Assembly (NCBI GenBank): GCA_027339965.1
Contig: DAHWNL010000029.1
Location: 1 to 14,596 of the forward strand
Length of the DNA stretch: 14,596 nucleotides
Source of the DNA: Granulicella sp.
GTDB taxonomy: Bacteria; Acidobacteriota; Terriglobia; Terriglobales; Acidobacteriaceae
Direction of reading: 5' to 3'
Shown here: positions 1 through 7,300 of the stretch, in pieces
Layout of the letters: each line of letters opens with the position of its first letter
How positions within the stretch are numbered: the first letter of the stretch is position 1
Position numbers and translations under genes: made by a program
The notes under the pieces: generated by a model
Told to the model about the DNA's origin: nothing
The model's input: the letters and a program-made list of their open reading frames with translations, nothing else
Database searches by the model: none

Positions 1-183
1 AAGATGCTGCCCGAGTTGCTGCACGGCAACGAGACCGCGGTGTGGGGCGACCAGGCTTATCAGGGCCAGGCCGCCGTGCTGGCCCAGCACGCGCCCAAGG
101 CCGAAGACCTGACCTGCCGACGCTGGCGCAGCAAGCTCCACATCTGGCCCGAGGTGCGCGAAGCCAACCGCATCAAGAGCAAG
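1..183 (+). mobile_element. IS5-family transposase fragment, cut by the window at the 5' side and truncated at about nt 183
   Basis: Frame 1 reads LPELLHGNETAVWGDQAYQG...EANRIKSK, matching the IS5 'LLHG.E..V.GD..Y.G' and 'N..KS' motifs. The expected following R..VEH.F motif (third catalytic residue) is missing; the frame runs into unrelated sequence. Confidence 0.85.
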
Positions 184-423
184 CTGCCATCCATGCCATT
201 GGCAAACCTCATCGCGGTCCAGCCCGCACCCTCCCTTGGCCGACTCGAAGCACTGTTCCATCTGCCAGCACCGCCCGCCCGTGCCACGGTACTGGCGCTT
301 GACTCCCGCAGAAGGAACGCCCTTGCTCATAAAGCCCGTCTCATCGACGATCAGCACCGCATCCGGGCTGCCGAAGGCCCCCACCACCTGCTCGCGAACT
401 CCGTCCCGCGCCGCTTCCGCATC
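184..423 (-). pseudogene. IS701-family transposase relic, internally deleted and decayed
   Basis: My minus-strand translation is DAEAARDGVREQVVGAFGSPDAVLIVDETGFMSKGVPSAGVKRQYRGTGGRCWQMEQCFESAKGGCGLDRDEVCQWHGWQ. It carries the IS701 N-terminal motif (VL.VDETGF.KKG..S.GV.RQY.GT.G) joined directly to the C-terminal motif (RW.IE..F..AK...GLD.YEVR.W.GW). Confidence 0.85.
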
Positions 424-427
424 CTTC

Positions 428-465
428 ACAGGCGCGTTTCCCGATCTACAGGCGCATCTCCCGAT
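428..465. repeat. Imperfect direct repeat, 18 bp x2 with 20-bp period
   Basis: ACAGGCGCGTTTCCCGAT (428-445) and ACAGGCGCATCTCCCGAT (448-465), 16/18 identical. Confidence 0.8.
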
Positions 466-557
466 TGTGGAGCACTGACGGGCTTGCCGGCCGGGGTGGA
501 ATCAAACGTCGCTGAACGCCTGCTCCAGAGCACCCGGCAACACTGAGAACACGATAA

Positions 558-575
558 GACCGGGAACCTTCGGTC
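558..575 (-). terminator. Possible weak terminator hairpin after hslU
   Basis: GACCG-N8-CGGTC stem starting 5 nt after the hslU stop, followed by TTATCGTGTT. The U-tract is poor. Confidence 0.25.
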
Positions 576-580
576 AAAGG

Positions 581-2188
581 TCAAAGGATGTAGCGGCTCA
601 GGTCCTGATTCTTGACGATGCCGGCTACCTGGCGCTCCACGTAGGCGCGATCCACCGTGAGCACCCGCTCCGCGCCGCTGACGCTGACCGCGTCGCCGGT
701 AGCCGCGCCGTTGCGAGCCGGCGGCGGCAGCTCCGTCCGCGCGGGTAGATTGGCCGAGGCCGGAACTCTGCCCTGGACGATGTCGGGGGCTGAGAAGCTG
801 ATCTCATCCAGCACCTTCTCCATGATGGTGTGCAGACGCCGAGCGCCGATGTTCTCCGTGGTCTCATTCACCTGAAACGCAAAGCGCGCCATCTCCTGCA
901 GAGCTTCCGGAGTGAATTCCAGCCGCAGCCCCTCGGTCTCCAGTAGAGCTACAGCCTGCTTGACCAGGGAGGCGCGCGGCTCGGTGAGGATGCGCAGAAA
1001 GTCGTCTACAGTGAGCGGCAGAAGTTCCACCCGGATCGGGAAGCGGCCCTGCAGCTCCGGAATCAGGTCACTGGGCTTGGAGACGTGAAAGGCTCCGGCT
1101 GCGATGAACAGGACGTGGTCCGTGGCCACCATGCCGTACTTGGTGTTCACCGTCGTGCCCTCGATGATGGGCAGGATGTCGCGCTGCACTCCCTCGCGGC
1201 TGATGTCCGGGCCATGCCCACCCTCGCGCCCGGCGATCTTGTCGATCTCATCCAGGAAGACAATACCTGAGTCCTCCACACGCTCCACGGCGATGCGCAC
1301 AATCTGGTCCATGTCCAGCAGCCGCGACTCCTCCTCCTGCACCAGGTAGTCAAAGGCATCGGCAACCTTCATGGGCCGCTTGCGAGTACGTTGCCCCAGA
1401 ATGCCGGAGAGCATCTCTTTGATGCCGCCCTGGTCCATCTCTTCCGGTAGGTTGCTGACCACCTCGATCTGCGGCTGCATTCGGTCGCGCGCTTCAATCT
1501 CGACCATGCGGTCATCCAGCCGGCCCTCGTGCAGTTGTTGCAAAAGCCGCTCGCGTTCTTCCCGGCGCACGGCGTCGCCATCCGCCACAATGGAGAGGTT
1601 GCGCGCGATCACCGCAGGTTCGCGGCCAGGATCCCCGGGGGACTCATGACCGGCGGAGAACGGCTCTGCCGCGGGCCGGGGAGACTCCGCAGATGGCCGG
1701 TCCGCGGACTTTGGACCAGCGCCCGCGCCCTGGGCGAGCAGAAGATCAAGCAGGCGCTCTTCGGCGGCCCGCTCGGCGCGGTCTTCCATTTCGTCCAGCT
1801 TTTCCTCCCGCACCATATCGATGGCAATCTCAGTCAGATCACGAACGATCGCCTCCACGTCCCTCCCGACGTAGCCTACTTCGGTAAACTTGGAGGCTTC
1901 CACTTTCAGAAAGGGAGAGTTGGTGAGCCTGGCCAGCCGCCGCGCAATCTCCGTCTTGCCCACGCCCGTGGAGCCGACCATCAGGATGTTCTTGGGCATG
2001 ATCTCCTCGGCGAGGTCCGGAGGCAGCTTCTGCCGGCGCATGCGGTTGCGCAGCGCGATGGCCACCGCGCGCTTGGCTGCGGCCTGGCCGACAACGTACT
2101 TGTCCAGCTCCGCTACGATGCCGCGCGGCGTCATCTGATCCAGCGAGAGCGCCGGATCCTCCGCCGTGCTGGGAAGATAGATGGCCAC
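581..2188 (-). CDS. hslU: ATP-dependent protease ATPase subunit HslU (ClpY)
   Basis: MTPRGIVAELDKYVVGQ..AKRAVAIALRNR, Walker A GSTGVGKT, pore loop GYVG, Walker B IVFLDEIDK, PELQGRFPIRVEL, ENIGARRL and C-terminal DLSRYIL. GTG start preceded by SD-like AAGGGAG. Confidence 0.98.
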   Translation of the reverse strand: MAIYLPSTAEDPALSLDQMTPRGIVAELDKYVVGQAAAKRAVAIALRNRMRRQKLPPDLAEEIMPKNILMVGSTGVGKTEIARRLARLTNSPFLKVEASKFTEVGYVGRDVEAIVRDLTEIAIDMVREEKLDEMEDRAERAAEERLLDLLLAQGAGAGPKSADRPSAESPRPAAEPFSAGHESPGDPGREPAVIARNLSIVADGDAVRREERERLLQQLHEGRLDDRMVEIEARDRMQPQIEVVSNLPEEMDQGGIKEMLSGILGQRTRKRPMKVADAFDYLVQEEESRLLDMDQIVRIAVERVEDSGIVFLDEIDKIAGREGGHGPDISREGVQRDILPIIEGTTVNTKYGMVATDHVLFIAAGAFHVSKPSDLIPELQGRFPIRVELLPLTVDDFLRILTEPRASLVKQAVALLETEGLRLEFTPEALQEMARFAFQVNETTENIGARRLHTIMEKVLDEISFSAPDIVQGRVPASANLPARTELPPPARNGAATGDAVSVSGAERVLTVDRAYVERQVAGIVKNQDLSRYIL

Positions 2189-2204
2189 GAGATTCTCCCT
2201 TCAA

Positions 2205-2867
2205 CTACTCCGTCCGAAGTTCTTCCATCGTGATGCTCTGGTTGGAGTAGATGCAGATTCCGGCGGCAATCCGCATGCTGCGCTCCACGATCTGGCGGGC
2301 GCTCATCGGCGTGTTCTCCAGCAGGGCCGTGGCCGCCGCCAGCGCATAGCTACCTCCGGAACCGATGGTGGCGATCAGGCCATCGCCCACCGCGTCCGGC
2401 TCGATCACATCGCCGTCGCCGGAGAGCAGAAACAACTGCCGGGCATCGGCGACGATCAGCAGCGCCTGCAACTGGCGCAACAGCTTGTCCGTGCGCCAGT
2501 CCTTGGCCAGTTCCACGGCGCTTCGCCCCAGATTGCCCCCATACTGCTCCAGCTTGGACTCGAAGCGGGTGAACAGAGAGAAGGCATCCGCTGTGGAGCC
2601 CGCAAAGCCCGCCAGGATTCGGTCGTTGTAGAGCCGCCGGATCTTGCGCGCCGAGTGCTTCATCACCGTCGATCCCAGCGTCACCTGCCCATCGGCGCCC
2701 ATCACCATCGCGTCGCCGCGGCGAACGCAGATCACCGTGGTCGAACGCACCCGGCGGCCATCGGCCAGATCCAGAGGGTGACCGGCCCGCTCGCGCCGGC
2801 ACCCTTCGGCCGGCTCGTGGGCCACAGCGCCGCCCATCATCTGCCATTTCTTTTTTCTCATACGCAC
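2205..2867 (-). CDS. hslV: ATP-dependent protease peptidase subunit HslV (ClpQ); start codon uncertain
   Basis: STTVICVRR (catalytic Thr codon 2739-2741), [50 protein letters not shown]. Lies directly upstream of hslU. Confidence 0.97.
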   Translation of the reverse strand: MRMRKKKWQMMGGAVAHEPAEGCRRERAGHPLDLADGRRVRSTTVICVRRGDAMVMGADGQVTLGSTVMKHSARKIRRLYNDRILAGFAGSTADAFSLFTRFESKLEQYGGNLGRSAVELAKDWRTDKLLRQLQALLIVADARQLFLLSGDGDVIEPDAVGDGLIATIGSGGSYALAAATALLENTPMSARQIVERSMRIAAGICIYSNQSITMEELRTE

Positions 2868-2872
2868 ATCGC

Positions 2873-2878
2873 AGTATA
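2873..2878 (-). promoter_or_regulatory. Sigma70-type -10 hexamer TATACT for hslVU
   Basis: The minus strand reads TATACT-gcgat-GTG. No convincing -35 was found. Confidence 0.5.
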
Positions 2879-3061
2879 GAGCAGTTCCCTCTCACCCCGC
2901 CCCTGGGAACCGCGTGGCGGCATGGGCGGGCAGGCGCGCTGCAACCGGCGCGCGAACCATGTGGGGAACCTCCACGCCGCGGCGAAGAGCCCGCCGCTGG
3001 GCTATGCTGCTGGTAGTATCCCGCTCGCAGACATCACCCCAGACACCAGCCAGAAGCGACC

Positions 3062-3601
3062 TTGAAACAGATTCTCCAGCAGCCGATCCTCCATCGAACA
3101 GCCAGCCTGACGCACAGTCTGACCGGCCGCCTGATCCAGGCCATGCGCCATCAGGATCCCCGGATCCTGGGCGGCGTAGGCGCCGCAGCTGTCCTGGCGG
3201 CAGGTGGGCTGTGGTTCTATCTGGCCGCCCGGCGGCCTTCTCCCGAGGAGATCGAACGCCGCCGCCGTCAGCAACTGGCGCTCACCGGCCGCATCACCGA
3301 CGGCGTCATCGTGGATGCCCGCACGCTGGGCAATGAGGACAGCATCTCGCCGACCCCGGAAGTACTGGTCTACAGCTATAGCCTGGGGGGACTTACGTAC
3401 CAATGCGCGCAGGACGTCTCCACCCTGCCCGAGCGGGTGCTCGGCTTCCGCATCGATCAGGCCATCCAGGTGCGCTACGACCCGCGCAATCCCGGTAACA
3501 GCATACTCGTCTCCGAGACCTGGTCCGGCCTGTGGCAGCGCCGAGAGGAAGCCGGCCCCGGTCCCGGCCAGCGCCACAGCCACCCTGCCGTGGGTGGTTG
3601 A
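3062..3601 (+). CDS. DUF3592-like single-pass membrane protein (alternative start ATG 3143)
   Basis: Hydrophobic helix ILGGVGAAAVLAAGGLWFYL, then G..TDG.IVD, LVYSYSLGGLTY and IQVRYDPRNPGNS, typical of DUF3592. Host-like codon usage. Confidence 0.8.
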   Translation: MKQILQQPILHRTASLTHSLTGRLIQAMRHQDPRILGGVGAAAVLAAGGLWFYLAARRPSPEEIERRRRQQLALTGRITDGVIVDARTLGNEDSISPTPEVLVYSYSLGGLTYQCAQDVSTLPERVLGFRIDQAIQVRYDPRNPGNSILVSETWSGLWQRREEAGPGPGQRHSHPAVGG

Positions 3602-3828
3602 GCGCGCGATCCACGGCGGCCCCCGCCACTGGCCCCTCTTTCCGCGGGCCAAACGAATCTTTCCCGAGTTGGGAACTGCTGTGGAATCCTGATACTACTT
3701 TTGCCCTCTTCCACCGCGTCTAATCAGTGAGGAGACTGCTGGCAAGTTGCTGCGACGGGCCGGGCCGAGTTCCCCAGGAACCGGAGAAGGAGGCTGCCGG
3801 CACCCGAGCAGACAGGAGCTAAACTCCC

Positions 3829-4230
3829 ATGTCAAACCTGGCGCCCGGATCCCGACGGCGGTGCAAGCTCCGGTCCCGCGCGGCCATGCAGGCGGTTGCG
3901 GCAGTGATCCTGGTTACCTTCTTGGAAGCCCACGCGCAGGTCGGCGCGCTTCCCCCGCCCACCACCCTGCGCACGCTCCACGGCCAGATTACCGGCGGCG
4001 GTCATGAACCAATTCGAGGCGCCGTGGTCCAGTTGCGCAATGACGGCTCAGAGACGCTGATCACCTACATTACCGGCAACAACGGCCACTACCGCTTCCA
4101 GCGCCTGGACAGCAACACGGACTATGAGGTGTGGGTGATCTTCCGCGGCCGCCGGTCGCGCACCCACAGCATCAGCAAGTTCGACAGCCACATGGACAAG
4201 GTCATCAACTTCCGGCTCAGGCTCTACTGA
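3829..4230 (+). CDS. Secreted carboxypeptidase regulatory-like (beta-sandwich) domain protein
   Basis: AGGAG SD at 3814-3818. Signal-peptide-like N-terminus (basic stretch, hydrophobic stretch, AHA/Q). Pattern LHGQITGGGHEPIRGAVVQL...TGNNGHYRFQRL...YEV. Confidence 0.85.
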   Translation: MSNLAPGSRRRCKLRSRAAMQAVAAVILVTFLEAHAQVGALPPPTTLRTLHGQITGGGHEPIRGAVVQLRNDGSETLITYITGNNGHYRFQRLDSNTDYEVWVIFRGRRSRTHSISKFDSHMDKVINFRLRLY

Positions 4231-4335
4231 GCCTCTCGCGCCGGGAGGATGGAGGGTCCGGCAGCCGCCCAGCGCATCGCAGTTGTTGGCCGGCGCAGTG
4301 AAAACCCGCCAGATTCCGGGCGCGGGAAGACGGCT

Positions 4336-7284
4336 CTACTGCAGCAGGGTTCCGTCGCCCTCGCCGTTGCACGCCTTGGGATCTTCAGGGGGAATTACCG
4401 TGGCGCTGGCCACCTTGTCGTCCGGATCCAGGTGCAGCAGACGTACCCCGGAGGTGCTGCGGCCAGCCGAACGCACGCTCTTGGTGTCAATGCGGATGAT
4501 CTTGCCAAACTGGCTGATCACCATCATCTCCGTAGTGTCATCCACCAGATTGATGCTGGTCACCTTGCCGATTTTGGCCGTGGTCTTCATATTGATCACG
4601 CCCTTGCCGCCGCGCGACTGCAGGCGGTAAGCGTCCACATCGGTGCGCTTGCCGTAGCCGTTTTCGCTCACCGTCAGGATCAGGCAGGGGCAAAGCCCGA
4701 GCTTTTCATCCAGCCGGGCCAGCTTCTCCTGTACCTCCGGAGAGACCGCCGGCGCGGCCACAGTATCGTCGGCCTCAGCCAGCGTCAGGGGCTGCGAGGC
4801 GGCCGAATCCGAGGCTTCATCCAGCACGCGCTCCACCTGGGAGGTCAGGCCGGCCTCAGCGGCTCTGGCCATGCGCTGCTGGTTGCGCGCCTCGTTGGAA
4901 GGCGTCACCGCCGCTCCAATCACGTAGTCGCCCTTCTTCAGGTTGATGCCCCGGTTGCCGAAGGCCGGCCGGCCCATCGGCCGCAGATCCTGTTCATTGA
5001 AGCGGATGGCCATGCCCTCGTGAGTGGCCAGGAAGATCACCTGCCGGCCGTCGGTGATCTTGGCCGTGATCAGTTCGTCGTCCTTGTCGATGCCAATGGC
5101 GATGATACCGCGGGCCATCACGTTGGAAAAGTCACGCAGCGCGGTCTTCTTCACCGTGCCCTTGCGGGTGGCGAAGAGAACGTACTTGCCCTCTTCATCC
5201 AGGTTGCGCACGGGAAGAATCGTCACCACCTTCTCTCCCGGCTGCAAGTCGATCAGCGAGGCCATCGCTTTGCCCTTGCCGGCAGCGCCGACATCCGGAA
5301 TCTCATAGACCTTGAGCCAATAGATGCGGCCGCTGTTGGTGAAGCAAAGCAGATAGGCGTGGGTGCTGTCAATGATCAACTGCGCCACGAAGTCTTCCTC
5401 GCGGGTCTTCATGCCCAGGCGACCGGTGCCACCGCGCTTCTGCTGCCGGTAAGTGGTGATAGGCGTCCGCTTCAGGTAGCCGGTGTTGGAGACCGTCACC
5501 GCTACTTGCTCATCGGCGATCAGATCCTCCAGCGTCAGTTCCGTGCTCTCATCCAGAATCGTGGTGCGCCGCGCATCGCCGTACTTGTCGCGAATCTCCT
5601 CCAGCTCCTTGACAATCACTCGGCGCAGCTTTTTCTCCGAGGCCAGGATCGACTCGTACTCCGCGATGCTCTCGCGAATGGTGCGCAGCTCGTTCAGCAG
5701 TTCATCGATGGAAAGCTGGGTGAGTCGATAGAGCTGCAGCTCCAGAATGGCGTCAATCTGCCGGTAGCTGAGAATCAGTGTGCCCGATGAGTTGTTGGCC
5801 AACTGGGCGCTGACGCTGCCTCCGGCCAGATCGATGGCGTACTTGGAAGGATCCAGACGGACCCCGGCCAGCTCCGCGCCGTTCAAGGTGATGCGGCGGT
5901 TGCTGAAGTAGGCAAAGAGGTTCTCACGGGCGCTGGCGCGGGAACTGGACTGGCGAATGATCCTGATCACCGTATCCAGATGATCCAGAGCAATCTGGTA
6001 GCCCAGCAGAACATGCTCGCGCTCCCGAGCCTTATTCAGCAGAAATGCGGTTCGCCGCCGCACCACATCGATACGGTGGTCGATGAAGGCGTGGATCGCG
6101 TCCGGGAGAGCCAGCTCCTTGGGCTGGCCGTTGTGCACCGCCAGGAAGATCATGGAGAAGCTCTCCTGCATCTGGGTGTGCTTGTAGAGCTGGTTCAGGA
6201 CGATCTCGTTCTGCGCTCCGCGCTTCAGCTCGATGACGATGCGCATACCGTTGCGATCCGACTCGTCCCGCACATCGGAGATGTCATCGATGGTCTTTTC
6301 ATTCACCAGTTCGGCGATGCGTTTGATCAGGTTGGACTTGTTGACCTGATACGGTATCTCCGTGACCACGATCGCCTGGCGTCCGCCAGAGATGTTCTCC
6401 AGGCCGCACTTGGCGCGCATCATGAAGCGGCCTCGGCCGGTCTGGTACGTCTTGCGGATCTCGGAGCGGCCGTAGATGAAGCCGCCGGTGGGGAAGTCCG
6501 GACCCTTGACGTGCTCCAGCACCAGATCCAGATCCGAACGCAGCTCCCCCTTCTCCTTTTGCAACAGGGCGATCGTGGCGTTCAGGGTTTCAGTCAGGTT
6601 ATGCGGCGGAATGTTGGTCGCCATGCCCACCGCGATTCCGGTTCCACCGTTGATGATCAGGTTGGGAATGCGCGCCGGCAGGACGGTCGGCTCGGTGGTG
6701 GACTCGTCGTAGTTGGGCGTGAAGTCGACGGTATCACTGTCAATGTCTGCCAGCATCTCCGACGCGATGCGCGTGAGACGCGATTCGGTGTAGCGCATGG
6801 CCGCCGGCGGGTCGCCATCGATGGAGCCGAAGTTGCCCTGGCCGTCGATCAGCGTGTAGCGCAGGCTGAAGGGCTGGGCCAGACGAACCATGGTGTCGTA
6901 GATCGCCGCATCGCCGTGGGGATGGTAGTTGCCCATCACATGGCCCACCACCTTGGCCGACTTGGTGTACTTCTTGTTGAACTGCAGACCCATCTCCTGC
7001 ATGCCGTACAAGATCCGCCGGTGAACTGGCTTGAGACCGTCGCGGACGTCGGGTAAAGCGCGGCCGATGATCACTGACATCGAGTAGTCCAGGTAGGAGC
7101 GGCGCATCTCCTCCTCGATGTTGATGGAAAGCATGTTCAGCGCGCCCGGGCCGGTCGGAGCCCCAGGAGCCGAGGGCTCGCCGGGAGCCCCAGGAACCGA
7201 GGGCTTCCTGGAGATCGCATCTGGACGGGAAGGGTCGTTGGGGCCAAGAGGAAGAAGGGGGTTGTCGTTGCTCTCATCAGGCAT
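4336..7284 (-). CDS. gyrA: DNA gyrase subunit A
   Basis: [50 protein letters not shown] (catalytic Tyr165), [18 protein letters not shown]. The beta-pinwheel CTD has a GyrA-box QKRGGTG, which favours GyrA over ParC. Confidence 0.97.
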   Translation of the reverse strand: MPDESNDNPLLPLGPNDPSRPDAISRKPSVPGAPGEPSAPGAPTGPGALNMLSINIEEEMRRSYLDYSMSVIIGRALPDVRDGLKPVHRRILYGMQEMGLQFNKKYTKSAKVVGHVMGNYHPHGDAAIYDTMVRLAQPFSLRYTLIDGQGNFGSIDGDPPAAMRYTESRLTRIASEMLADIDSDTVDFTPNYDESTTEPTVLPARIPNLIINGGTGIAVGMATNIPPHNLTETLNATIALLQKEKGELRSDLDLVLEHVKGPDFPTGGFIYGRSEIRKTYQTGRGRFMMRAKCGLENISGGRQAIVVTEIPYQVNKSNLIKRIAELVNEKTIDDISDVRDESDRNGMRIVIELKRGAQNEIVLNQLYKHTQMQESFSMIFLAVHNGQPKELALPDAIHAFIDHRIDVVRRRTAFLLNKAREREHVLLGYQIALDHLDTVIRIIRQSSSRASARENLFAYFSNRRITLNGAELAGVRLDPSKYAIDLAGGSVSAQLANNSSGTLILSYRQIDAILELQLYRLTQLSIDELLNELRTIRESIAEYESILASEKKLRRVIVKELEEIRDKYGDARRTTILDESTELTLEDLIADEQVAVTVSNTGYLKRTPITTYRQQKRGGTGRLGMKTREEDFVAQLIIDSTHAYLLCFTNSGRIYWLKVYEIPDVGAAGKGKAMASLIDLQPGEKVVTILPVRNLDEEGKYVLFATRKGTVKKTALRDFSNVMARGIIAIGIDKDDELITAKITDGRQVIFLATHEGMAIRFNEQDLRPMGRPAFGNRGINLKKGDYVIGAAVTPSNEARNQQRMARAAEAGLTSQVERVLDEASDSAASQPLTLAEADDTVAAPAVSPEVQEKLARLDEKLGLCPCLILTVSENGYGKRTDVDAYRLQSRGGKGVINMKTTAKIGKVTSINLVDDTTEMMVISQFGKIIRIDTKSVRSAGRSTSGVRLLHLDPDDKVASATVIPPEDPKACNGEGDGTLLQ
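7157..7210. repeat. In-frame 27-bp tandem duplication in the gyrA 5' end
   Basis: GGAGCCCCAGGAGCCGAGGGCTCGCCG / GGAGCCCCAGGAACCGAGGGCTTCCTG, encoding [18 protein letters not shown]. Confidence 0.8.
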
Positions 7285-7294
7285 GTCAGCCCTT

Positions 7295-7300
7295 ATTATA
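7295..7300 (-). promoter_or_regulatory. Perfect -10 hexamer TATAAT for gyrA
   Basis: The minus strand reads TATAAT-aagggctgac-ATG, a consensus -10 in GC-rich DNA 10 nt before the start. The -35 is poor. Confidence 0.65.

Noticed and set aside
4..546. 180-aa ORF as a real gene
   Set aside because: Only the first 60 codons are IS5-like. The rest is the antisense of the IS701 relic plus intergenic DNA.
1953..1976. HslU Walker A GSTGVGKT (Ser for the usual Pro) as inactivating
   Set aside because: It still fits GxxGxGKT and all other ATPase motifs are intact.
2954..2969. LexA box of the GAAC-N7-GAAC type
   Set aside because: The spacer is 8 nt, not 7.
3739..3753. Sigma54 promoter TGGCAAGTTGCTGC
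   Set aside because: GG-to-GC spacing is 9 nt; 10 is required.
4684..4902. Intein in GyrA
   Set aside because: Too short, lacks intein terminal motifs (no His-Asn end), and is not at the known site beside the catalytic Tyr.
4249..7056. Long plus-strand ORFs (513 aa and 358 aa)
   Set aside because: Antisense shadows of gyrA, expected with high GC at third codon positions; no motifs.
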